Positions 8,377 to 16,951 of a stretch of 64,000 nucleotides of DNA are shown here, one piece after another (the stretch's first letter is position 1; each line of letters begins with the position of its first letter). Position numbers and translations under genes: made by a program. The DNA comes from a bacterium (lineage in GTDB: Bacteria > Patescibacteriota > Microgenomatia > UBA1400 > PJMF01). The notes under the pieces are model-generated. The model made no database searches. It had not been told where the DNA came from and saw only the letters and a list, made by a program, of their open reading frames with translations. The DNA lies in assembly GCA_017431625.1 (NCBI GenBank), contig JAFRKQ010000009.1, positions 11,874 through 75,873 on the forward strand. Direction: 5' to 3'.

Positions 8377-10614
8377 TTAACGCTTTTGACTCCGTCTCAA
8401 AGCGACTGCTAGAAGGAGCCAGCACCAAGCGCCCCCGAAAATACCGCAACCGCCGCTACTTGAGCCCACGCCGGTAACGGGCGGATTGGTCGGTACCGAG
8501 GGGGAGTGATCATCGAACTGATCATTGTCAGTGGGTGGTTGCTCGCTGGGCGGGTCATCAGGACTGGGCTGATCATCTGTAGGCTGTTCATCACTGGGTG
8601 GCTGATTGTTGCCAGGATTATCAACTGGCGGATTATCACTGGGTGGCTGCTGGTCGTCACTAGGCTCACCAGGATCGCTGGCACTAGCCAGTCTCAAACC
8701 CCAGCCGGTGGGCAAAAGAGTCTGATCCAGCTGGTAGAGGCCGTCAATAACATCAGGGATAGCGACAGGCAGACGACCACAAAAATCAGCTTGCTGGTCA
8801 TAGAGTTTGTAGATGATCGCTGGCACCAGCGCGCCAAATTTGGGCTGATTGTCGGCAGTCTCAATCGCCGTCGACATGCCATTGGCCAGATATCCCGCCA
8901 GTAAAGCATCCGCTTCACCATAGTAAAGCCCCAGGTCATACGGCAAGTGACAACTCGCAATGATGATTTTCGCTCCTCGTGCCCGCAAAGTCTCAAGCAG
9001 CGGCAGGACAACCTTGATCTCGTCACTGTAAGGTACGGGTGAGTCTGGACTCAATTCCGACTCGTAATACACTGAGCTTAAAATCACTACTGTCTCTACC
9101 TCCTCCAACGTCGTTAACAGATTTTCGTCGTGAACATTCATGACCTTGACCGCTGCTGCTTGCTCCTGAGTTAGCTGACCGGCAGTCACTAGCTGTGCGA
9201 GACCATAGTTCACTGATCTGGTTTGTGAGTTGTAGTAGTGTAAGACCGCGACTTTTTCGTCAGGACTCAGTGGCAAGGCGTTGTCAAGATGATCGACCAG
9301 GGTGATCGCCTCCAGTGCTACTGGCCACTGAATGTCATGATGCTCTTGAGTGCTCACCGTCTGCAAAGCCGTCTGCGCTTGTGTTTGCGCCTGAACATCC
9401 GTAAGGGTGTATGGGGTCAGCAGACCGTGTTTTTGCTTGAAAGTCAAGATTCTAGTCACCGCTGCATCGAGTTTGGTCTGCAAATTAGTATCAGCACTTA
9501 CTTGAGCACCAAAAGTCTCCAGAGCCGTTTTGAAAGCCTCCACACTCGAGGGCTGATTGAGCTCTAGTGAGTAGGGCAAAATATCGACTCCTGCCTCGAG
9601 CGCAAGCTGGAGCACCTGCACAGCCGAGAAATGATGAGTGATCAGGGTGCCCAAAATTGCGTCGGCCACCACCAGACCGTCAAAACCCAATTCTTCGCGC
9701 AAAAGTCCGGTGACAACCGCTGGCGACAGCGAGGCTGGCAAGGTGTATGTCTGATTGTCGGCCGCCTGAAAGGTGCGAGTTTCCAAGCTTGGGTAGCTGG
9801 TGTGAGTCACCATCATCATATCCACCAAGCCCGCCTCAAGACTACGCTTGAAAGGCAAGAGCTCACAGGCATCCATTTGCGCTCGTGTCTTGTCGACAAT
9901 CACGGGTTGGTTGGTGTCATCGGTGTTTTCGCTAGCGCTGCCCATGCCGGGGAAATGTTTGAGACAATTGAGCACTCCTGCCTGGCGTAGACCAGACAAA
10001 TAAGCCTGAGCGTGAGCCGCGACGACATCGGGCGAATCACCAAAAGTGCGCACCACCAGAGACTCAAGACGCGGATTGGTGAGGACATCGGCTAGAGGTG
10101 CCAAATTAACATTGATCCCCAGAGCCTGGATTTCCGTACCCATCATCTGGGCGATCTCCTGAGTATGAGTGGGATTGCCAGTCGCTGCCAGTGCCATCGG
10201 GCTGATACCAGCGGTGGAGCGAGCCAAACGCGCTACCAGACCACCTTCCTGATCTACCATTATAAACAATTGGGGTCGAGTGTCCTGACTGACATTGGCC
10301 TGCTGCAACTGGTGAATCAAAAGTGTGCCGGTATCGTTGGCTGTCAGATTTTCGCCGTAAAGAATGATACCAGCAAAAGGATAAGTGCTGATCAACTGGG
10401 CTACCTCATCATTAAGGACAGTTACGTCATCAGTGGTGCCGCCATTGATTTTGCGATGGGCCGGGACGAGCAGCTGACAGATTTTTTCCTGAGTGGTCAT
10501 TGAGGATAGAATTTCCTCCGGAGTCTGGGCCGCATCCGCCGGTAGAGACGACAACAAAACGAAAGCAAGTGTTACCAATAGAATACGCTTCATGATCGTA
10601 TTTCCTCCTTGCAA
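8377..10614 (-). CDS. secreted glycoside hydrolase family 3 (NagZ-like beta-hexosaminidase/beta-glucosidase) domain protein with Pro-rich linker and a GGC + TM + basic C-terminal tail
   Basis: Signal peptide MKRILLVTLAFVLLSSLPADA; GH3 motifs DQEGGLVARL and KHFPGMGSAS...D; C-terminus GGCGIFGGAWCWLLLAVALRRSQKR. Confidence 0.75.
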   Translation of the reverse strand: MQGGNTIMKRILLVTLAFVLLSSLPADAAQTPEEILSSMTTQEKICQLLVPAHRKINGGTTDDVTVLNDEVAQLISTYPFAGIILYGENLTANDTGTLLIHQLQQANVSQDTRPQLFIMVDQEGGLVARLARSTAGISPMALAATGNPTHTQEIAQMMGTEIQALGINVNLAPLADVLTNPRLESLVVRTFGDSPDVVAAHAQAYLSGLRQAGVLNCLKHFPGMGSASENTDDTNQPVIVDKTRAQMDACELLPFKRSLEAGLVDMMMVTHTSYPSLETRTFQAADNQTYTLPASLSPAVVTGLLREELGFDGLVVADAILGTLITHHFSAVQVLQLALEAGVDILPYSLELNQPSSVEAFKTALETFGAQVSADTNLQTKLDAAVTRILTFKQKHGLLTPYTLTDVQAQTQAQTALQTVSTQEHHDIQWPVALEAITLVDHLDNALPLSPDEKVAVLHYYNSQTRSVNYGLAQLVTAGQLTQEQAAAVKVMNVHDENLLTTLEEVETVVILSSVYYESELSPDSPVPYSDEIKVVLPLLETLRARGAKIIIASCHLPYDLGLYYGEADALLAGYLANGMSTAIETADNQPKFGALVPAIIYKLYDQQADFCGRLPVAIPDVIDGLYQLDQTLLPTGWGLRLASASDPGEPSDDQQPPSDNPPVDNPGNNQPPSDEQPTDDQPSPDDPPSEQPPTDNDQFDDHSPSVPTNPPVTGVGSSSGGCGIFGGAWCWLLLAVALRRSQKR

Positions 10615-10766
10615 AAGATTTCACTTCATTTGTCAAAGATCTTTGGGTCGCTCGCCTCCACGAGTCAGACCGCCAATGATCTTATCGCAAATGCAAGCAA
10701 TAGCGGCGATTATACCACAAAAATAGTCGTTTGACGATCAAAAGCTAGCTCGACTGATGAGCAATT

Positions 10767-10782
10767 GTGTATTATAATACAC
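10767..10782. promoter_or_regulatory. palindromic promoter-like motif GTGTATTATAATACAC (TATAAT readable on both strands) about 155 bp upstream of the GH3 gene
   Basis: Perfect 16-bp palindrome; the same motif is at 47531-47548 and 51702-51717, with a partial copy at 37869-37884. Confidence 0.4.
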
Positions 10783-10795
10783 AATCATTAGTTTT

Positions 10796-12664
10796 TTACG
10801 CTGCCAGACTGATGAAAAGCTGCTCCAAATCCTCACGTTGAAAATGTTTAAGAGCAGTCGACTCCAGGGCGTTACCAGCATAATACTGAGCGTATTGATC
10901 CACTTCCTTGATGTATTTTTGTTTGAGCTGTTCGATGGCCTCGATCACTTGCTCCAAAAGCTCTCCACGCCTGGATTCCTCAAGCGCTGACACGGTGCTG
11001 GTCAAATGATTAACTTCCTCAGGGGTCATTTGCGCGACAGTTTTGGACACTGGCGTTGGTTTTTCTGGCGTTGACATGATCTTTTTGGCCGCACCTCGCA
11101 CCTTTTTCCAACTGGAGCTGCCAGATTTTCCGACCCCGCTTGGCGCGACAGGAGCCTTGGGCGTAACCGACATTGATCTTGAAGCTCGCCTTCTGATTAT
11201 TGGATCCGGCAAGTGCACCTTTTGGCGTATCGAAGACGGGATAATAATATCGGGCTGACAATATTTATCCAAAAAGCTCAAGATATTAATAGGCTCACTA
11301 GTAGTAATGGCATTGGCGGGTGCTGTCGGGCTACCTTCATTTTTGAGTAAATATTGGTATGATAATTCACCTAGTTGCTCGCGCAGTTGCACCATAAAAG
11401 CAGCCAAAAGTGCTCGGGCCTGACTGTCCACAGCCGGAGCAAAGAGGCGATTATTCTCATCTCGCGATATCAGCTGACCATTTTTGTCGAGTGTGCATTC
11501 CACATCTTCATTTTCTGCTTTGTACATTACCAAAAAAAGTGCTTGTTTGAGTGCCTCGCTATCCGGCATCTGCTTGATTATGGCCATTTTTTCGTTGTCA
11601 CCGTTTGCCTGCTCAAGCAAATTATGTCGGCGTCTTTTAATCAGTGCTTGGCGAAAAAAGTCTAAAAGTTCACGATTTTTGTCGCTCGAGCGGTTGAGTG
11701 GCGAATTGGGGTCGCTCGCAGCCAGTGCATTATCAAGTTTGGCTTTTTGTGCCAGTTTATCAATAATATACGCCTGAGCGTAAAGTTCCATTAGTACTAA
11801 ATTGCCCAGGCGAAATGATTCTCGAATATAATCAAAATCTTCATTATTATTCTCCAAAAATTCTGCTTGCGCTAAGCTCTTGATTGTGCTCGCCTCAGCG
11901 CTCGCGATAAAACGCGGTAGGTTGGCAAGACCATATTTCACCCCAACATCGTCTTGTGGCTGATCAGTAAAGTCCGAAGGGCGGAAATATTTCACTTCAG
12001 TGATTTCTTGATTATTGAGCAATTGACTCAAGTGCCACAACTTACGATTGGCAAAATCTTGGGTGTACTTGGTATTGAGAGTGGCATCAATGCCAAAAGC
12101 TCGAAACTCACCATTGTCACGCTCTCCGGTTACCGTCAGACAATCCACACCGTGAGCAATATCATCATAGCGATCAACGCTAAACGTACGACAAAGCTCA
12201 TATCCCTGGGTACCTGGTTGTATGCCAGCCTTGTCATAGCTAGTGCCATCAGCCATCAAACCGTCGGCAAACCACTCTGCATCCCGCGCTTGGCGCAAAA
12301 CTAGGCTTTCTAGCAATTTGGCGACACCGCGATTGTATTCACGATCGCGACGATCAGGATACAAAGACTCATCACGAGAGAATATCTTTTCTTGCTGCTC
12401 GACATAAGCATTATCTTGATTGAGCACACCACCGGTATAACCTTGACTCATGCGACCATTGGGCATCATGACACTGACATAGTCATCCCGATCCAGGCGG
12501 TAGGTGACCTTGCCAACAATGTCCAGATCTTCATAGACCTCTAGCGCGGTTGCAGCCTCTATCAACCGTTGCATCCAGTCAGCTTTCGCTGCGCTCACAT
12601 CCACCTCAGCGCTATTGCCACTCCAATTATCCAAACGTTTGTTCTCATAGTATGCCATACTCAT
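10796..12664 (-). CDS. large hypothetical cytoplasmic protein (622 aa)
   Basis: Long ORF with no signal peptide and no recognised domain; coiled-coil C-terminus. Near-leaderless promoter TTGACA, 17 bp, TATACT ending 3 bp before the ATG (12665-12697, minus strand). Confidence 0.6.
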   Translation of the reverse strand: MSMAYYENKRLDNWSGNSAEVDVSAAKADWMQRLIEAATALEVYEDLDIVGKVTYRLDRDDYVSVMMPNGRMSQGYTGGVLNQDNAYVEQQEKIFSRDESLYPDRRDREYNRGVAKLLESLVLRQARDAEWFADGLMADGTSYDKAGIQPGTQGYELCRTFSVDRYDDIAHGVDCLTVTGERDNGEFRAFGIDATLNTKYTQDFANRKLWHLSQLLNNQEITEVKYFRPSDFTDQPQDDVGVKYGLANLPRFIASAEASTIKSLAQAEFLENNNEDFDYIRESFRLGNLVLMELYAQAYIIDKLAQKAKLDNALAASDPNSPLNRSSDKNRELLDFFRQALIKRRRHNLLEQANGDNEKMAIIKQMPDSEALKQALFLVMYKAENEDVECTLDKNGQLISRDENNRLFAPAVDSQARALLAAFMVQLREQLGELSYQYLLKNEGSPTAPANAITTSEPINILSFLDKYCQPDIIIPSSIRQKVHLPDPIIRRRASRSMSVTPKAPVAPSGVGKSGSSSWKKVRGAAKKIMSTPEKPTPVSKTVAQMTPEEVNHLTSTVSALEESRRGELLEQVIEAIEQLKQKYIKEVDQYAQYYAGNALESTALKHFQREDLEQLFISLAA

Positions 12665-12697
12665 GTGAGTATATCATTTGCATGCCACTGTGTCAAG

Positions 12698-12726
12698 AAA
12701 ACAAAAAAGCCCCTCAAAAGGGGCTA
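12698..12726 (-). terminator. rho-independent terminator for a short minus-strand transcript from the 130-bp repeat
   Basis: Minus strand reads agccccttttgaggggcttttttgtttt: GC stem plus U-run. Confidence 0.5.
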
Positions 12727-13025
12727 CACACGCCTAAAGGGTGCTGGCGGTGTCTGCGTCCTGTGGCCAAAGCCTGCCAAAACTCATCTTGACACTGGCG
12801 ACGGATACGCCGCTCAGTTTCGTGGCTATGCCTCATTTCCTCTTGCGACCAACGGTAAATTACCTCACCGTCAATAAAATCGTCATCGCTATAGTCTTCC
12901 AAATCAGTAATACGATCGTTAGTCAAAGCAAATTCCTCCTTGAAAATTACAGAACGATATATTATATCACATTTTATTGTATTTGTCAAGGGTTTATTGC
13001 TGAATTCTACTCCGAAACGCGACAC
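12714..13025 (-). CDS. small acidic ORF (GTG start inside the 130-bp repeat) or non-coding leader; doubtful
   Basis: 103-codon ORF whose 3' end overlaps the terminator hairpin; the second repeat copy does not carry the same ORF. Confidence 0.15.
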   Translation of the reverse strand: MSRFGVEFSNKPLTNTIKCDIIYRSVIFKEEFALTNDRITDLEDYSDDDFIDGEVIYRWSQEEMRHSHETERRIRRQCQDEFWQALATGRRHRQHPLGVCSPF

Positions 13026-13130
13026 CGAGGGGATAATTTAGGCAAATACCTGGGATAGCTCACATTATTACAATATAATGATTACTAAATTAGCAATTTG
13101 ATAATCATTATCAATTTGATACAATCTCAC
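13001..13130. repeat. 130-bp direct repeat, copy 1 (near-identical to 16747-16876), containing a Fur box
   Basis: tgaattctactccgaaacgcgacaccgaggggataatttaggcaaatacctgggatagctcacattattacaatataatgattactaaattagcaatttgataatcattatcaatttgatacaatctcac occurs twice. Confidence 0.9.
13098..13114. promoter_or_regulatory. Fur-box palindrome TTGATAATCATTATCAA inside repeat copy 1
   Basis: Perfect 7-1-7 Fur consensus. Confidence 0.5.
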
Positions 13131-13133
13131 TTT

Positions 13134-16100
13134 TTAACCATTTTGCGCCAAAAACTCCAGATAGCCTGTCAATTTTGGCTGTTGGTATAAATCTGTCCTG
13201 TAAGAATCACCCATACGCGTACAATAAGCATCAATAATCAGCTTCTGATCGTGAGTGTCATAAAATACTTTTTGTATTAGTTGTCCGTCGTGAATCAAAT
13301 CCATAATCACCCGACCAATATCACTAAACTGGCAACCCAAAAGCTTAGCTAGCGTTTTTTGTTGACGTGGCAAGCGATTAACTGCTTGTTCGATCACGCT
13401 TATCTGCTCAGGCGAATAGGCACTCGAGTAGGCACGAGCATAACGATAGACAGTGGCCGGTGGCATTTCACCTTGACTAACCAACAGATGACTGAGTTGA
13501 CGTAAAGAATTAAGATTGATAGCCAGGTGCGGTTCCAGTTGGCTCAAGCGTAAATAGCCATCAGGAATCTGAGTGCGTTCCGGGATTTTTTGGCGGAATG
13601 CCGTCATGATTGTTTCAATGTCAGCTGGTGGGAAAGCCAACACTGGTTGCCCATTGTGAAACATCACCTTTTTACCACTACCGATCACCCCATCAGTTTG
13701 CAACTTGTCGATCAACACCCGCACCGCCTGTGGATCGGCTTGCAAATAATCGCGGGCAATTTTGTGCGCACTCGCCCAACCCGCCAATTGCAAGGTGCTA
13801 CCCTCCAGACGCATTTGCACGTCATCATGGCTCAAGCTACTGATTTGCGCGATTACCTCTGGTGGATAACCAAAAGTATCACCGTGATTGAAATGATAGA
13901 CTTGATGCGGAATGTCAAAAGAATCCAGCAACTTAACCACCGTATCATAACTGATCCCAGCAGCCTTGGCAATCGCTGTGCGAGTGACATAGCCAGCTGG
14001 CGCAGGATCAAGCAATAAGCTATCAGCACTGTGAGTTTGCTCTGTTTTAGCATCAGTGTGTGGAAAGGTCAGGGCGTCAATCATATAGCCAGTGTAGTGA
14101 TCCTGACGATCAATAACTCTGCGGCCCAATCGTGGAAACTGTTCGATGCAAGTATTGAGCTCATTTTTGCTCAAGCGGGCAAAATCAGTAGCCGCCAGTT
14201 GCATCTGATCCAAAATCAAACTATTAAAAACATAAGTAGCATTGCCTTTTTGGTTACAGATCAAAACAAGCCGATCACCGCGATCGTTACTCCCTGGTAC
14301 CAACGGCAAACCGTGTACCTGGATCAAATAATAAGGCGCCTCCCGCAGTGAGTGGATCTCGAGTGGACTTTTGAGCACTTGCAAACTATCCGCGTTGGTA
14401 ATCTCCACCCCAAAGTGCTCGGCTAAAAGCAAACCCACCAACTTAGTACGTCTGGTAATTTCAGCTTTTTCAAAGGCCTTCGCGCTAGTGCCACCCGAGC
14501 GTAAATTGTTCACTCGTGGATCTTCATCGGTTTCAACCAAAACCCGATCAGCCACAGTGGCCACATCAAGGATATAATCCACTTGATGTGCTTTTTCTTG
14601 CAAGGCTTCAACTTTAGCCAAAGTGGTAGCCACATCGGGAATACCAAAATATTCACATACAGCATCCTCAAGGCTCTGGCTATCAATTTCAGCCGATTGT
14701 GGGAAAAGATCCAGGTATTCCTGTTTTTTGGCTTCAAGCAGCTCCAGGAATTGTTCCATCACCAGTTGCGGATATTCATTAACATTATCTTCAGTCAGCT
14801 GTAACTGAAGACTAGAGAGTGTTTCTGGCGTTGGTTCGCGAAATTGTCCTTCGGGATTTTCTGGTACAAGGATTTCTGGCGCGACTGGCGACATAGCCTC
14901 TTCCTGGTCACTACCAGACGCTAGCGACTCAATCTGCACCACTGGTGGCAACTCCGAATCAGCCTCAAAAACGCTCGCGGCCGCTTCTGCTTGTTTTTTC
15001 GCCAGCAACTGTTGTTGAGCGCGCTCATGACGTACCCGCAATTTACCCACAAAATTGGTAAATGATTCTGTTTTGAGACTTGCGCTGGCCAGACTGCGGA
15101 AAGTACCAGCACCAAATGCCTTTTCGGTGGTTCTCGCGATAGGCAGATAATTACCACTAATCATGGCATAATTCCACATTTGAGTAATTCTATCAGTGTT
15201 AATTTGCGGATCACCAGCTGCCTGAGACAAAAGCTCATTAAACCGAGCCAGTGTCTCACGTTCTTTTTGATGGTCACTTGCCCCAAGATAGCGAATCTTT
15301 TGGTGACCCTTTTTCTCCACCGGAATCAGAACGCTCGCCATAGCAAGTTTTTCGGCCACTTCAGGGTCGGGATTATTGGCCAACTGGTCACGCAACTGTT
15401 GATCAGTTTGTCGCACCGATGTCAAAAATGGGTTAGTCTGCAACTCAAATGCCATCACTTCTTGGGTCAGATTGGCTGTCAGAGCTTCTTGAATTTGTAT
15501 AAAATGACCTTGGCGAGATTGAACACGACCCGACAGATTACCACCTCGTCTTAATTGTGTGTTGGCTTTTGGCGGTGTAATCAAATCAACTCCTTGACGA
15601 TACACATATCCCACTGGTTGATTATATTCATTATTAGCATCAACCATATATGCCGTGTAGCCCATGGGTTTAACTAATGCACGAATAATTTGATAATAAA
15701 GCTCCGCTTTATTGTATCTGTGCGGATTGATACGGATCTCGATGTATTGACCGCTCTCACTAAAATACGTATTCTCGTTTTGCTCGGGCATACCAGCGTG
15801 CAATTTGTCCCAGCCACTAGAGGTATAAAAGTGAAACATCCGGTGATCAATAGCCCGCAAGGGTAATCCGTTATCGGCTCGGATGACATTAAGAGTCTCT
15901 ATTAATTGGTCAATTTGTGCTGGCCACTCGGGATCAAGGGTAGTAACATCCACCACCTCATCTGGATTAAGTTTAGCTTTTTCAGCAGCAATCTTCAATT
16001 CCGTCGGATTTAAATTATTCATGAATACACGCCGCATATCTTCAGGCAGCTTAGCAAAATGTTCAAACGTTTCTGGGCCATCTACCTGCGTATTAATTAG

Positions 16101-16700
16101 ATGATCAGTAGCCCTGAGGTGTTGATTGCGGTAAAAGGCACGTTGCTTTTTATCCACGTCGAGACTTATGTAGAATTCATCGATTGTACCTTGCGAGCGG
16201 TGTTGTGTTACCGCCTGATCCAAAACCGCCCGAGTTTCCGCAGCAATGCTCTCGCCTGGTCTCCAAGCCAAAAGCTCTTGCCAAACCGTTGGTTGTTGTA
16301 TAGCCTGAAATAAAGAGTCCTTATTAGTTACCGTCCACGGCCATTGATATAAGAGGTGCTCTAAATGTGAGAGTCGGCGATTGAAATATAGTTTGAGGTT
16401 GCCATGATGTTCACCGTTTGCTGTCAACCGAGGATTGATTTTGCAAAATTGCTCGTACAAATAATCATCAGCATACAAATGGTGGCGATGTGCCAAACCT
16501 GAAGCGATCAAAACGACCAAAAATTCACGCTCGCTTGTAAGCAAGTTATCTACTAACTGGTCAATGTTAGCTGCAGACGCCAGCTCTAAAGACGCGGGGT
16601 TTTCCTGAACTGATGGTAAATCTGTACTTTCCAGAGCATTATCATAAACAGTTGACATGTAGTCATCACTATTATGAATAGATGCATTTTCTTTCATCAT
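13134..16700 (-). CDS. very large hypothetical cytoplasmic protein (1188 aa)
   Basis: Uninterrupted ORF with no signal peptide or recognisable motif; own near-leaderless promoter TTGACA, 17 bp, TATGAT at 16703-16731; the 130-bp Fur-box repeat lies 45 bp further upstream. Confidence 0.7.
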   Translation of the reverse strand: MMKENASIHNSDDYMSTVYDNALESTDLPSVQENPASLELASAANIDQLVDNLLTSEREFLVVLIASGLAHRHHLYADDYLYEQFCKINPRLTANGEHHGNLKLYFNRRLSHLEHLLYQWPWTVTNKDSLFQAIQQPTVWQELLAWRPGESIAAETRAVLDQAVTQHRSQGTIDEFYISLDVDKKQRAFYRNQHLRATDHLINTQVDGPETFEHFAKLPEDMRRVFMNNLNPTELKIAAEKAKLNPDEVVDVTTLDPEWPAQIDQLIETLNVIRADNGLPLRAIDHRMFHFYTSSGWDKLHAGMPEQNENTYFSESGQYIEIRINPHRYNKAELYYQIIRALVKPMGYTAYMVDANNEYNQPVGYVYRQGVDLITPPKANTQLRRGGNLSGRVQSRQGHFIQIQEALTANLTQEVMAFELQTNPFLTSVRQTDQQLRDQLANNPDPEVAEKLAMASVLIPVEKKGHQKIRYLGASDHQKERETLARFNELLSQAAGDPQINTDRITQMWNYAMISGNYLPIARTTEKAFGAGTFRSLASASLKTESFTNFVGKLRVRHERAQQQLLAKKQAEAAASVFEADSELPPVVQIESLASGSDQEEAMSPVAPEILVPENPEGQFREPTPETLSSLQLQLTEDNVNEYPQLVMEQFLELLEAKKQEYLDLFPQSAEIDSQSLEDAVCEYFGIPDVATTLAKVEALQEKAHQVDYILDVATVADRVLVETDEDPRVNNLRSGGTSAKAFEKAEITRRTKLVGLLLAEHFGVEITNADSLQVLKSPLEIHSLREAPYYLIQVHGLPLVPGSNDRGDRLVLICNQKGNATYVFNSLILDQMQLAATDFARLSKNELNTCIEQFPRLGRRVIDRQDHYTGYMIDALTFPHTDAKTEQTHSADSLLLDPAPAGYVTRTAIAKAAGISYDTVVKLLDSFDIPHQVYHFNHGDTFGYPPEVIAQISSLSHDDVQMRLEGSTLQLAGWASAHKIARDYLQADPQAVRVLIDKLQTDGVIGSGKKVMFHNGQPVLAFPPADIETIMTAFRQKIPERTQIPDGYLRLSQLEPHLAINLNSLRQLSHLLVSQGEMPPATVYRYARAYSSAYSPEQISVIEQAVNRLPRQQKTLAKLLGCQFSDIGRVIMDLIHDGQLIQKVFYDTHDQKLIIDAYCTRMGDSYRTDLYQQPKLTGYLEFLAQNG

Positions 16701-16746
16701 GATATGATCATATCATGATAAGTTCATTTTGTCAAATAATTGTGGC

Positions 16747-16876
16747 TGAATTCTACTCCGAAACGCGACACCGAGGGGATAATTTAGGCAAATACCTGGG
16801 ATAGCTCACATTATTACAATATAATGATTACTAAATTAGCAATTTGATAATCATTATCAATTTGATACAATCTCAC
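16747..16876. repeat. 130-bp direct repeat, copy 2, containing a Fur box
   Basis: See copy 1; identical over about 130 bp. Confidence 0.9.
16844..16860. promoter_or_regulatory. Fur-box palindrome TTGATAATCATTATCAA inside repeat copy 2
   Basis: Perfect 7-1-7 Fur consensus. Confidence 0.5.
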
Positions 16877-16930
16877 CTTTTTGTTAAACGCGTGTTAAAC
16901 ACTCACATCTGGTTTTTGGTGACAAAATTA
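16874..16930 (+). repeat. cassette-boundary repeat R0 (5'-truncated variant): ttgttaaacgcgtgttaaacactcacatctggtttttggtgacaaaa
   Basis: Shares the tandem GTTAAACGC units and the ATCTGGTTTTTGGTGACAAAA block with R1-R9. Confidence 0.7.
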
Positions 16931-16951
16931 ATAACATTACCAATAAAAAAA

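Noticed and set aside
8409-10503. Numerous alternative-frame ORFs within the GH3 gene (for example 8506-8904, 9631-9990)
   Set aside because: They overlap a well-supported long ORF with recognisable GH3 motifs.
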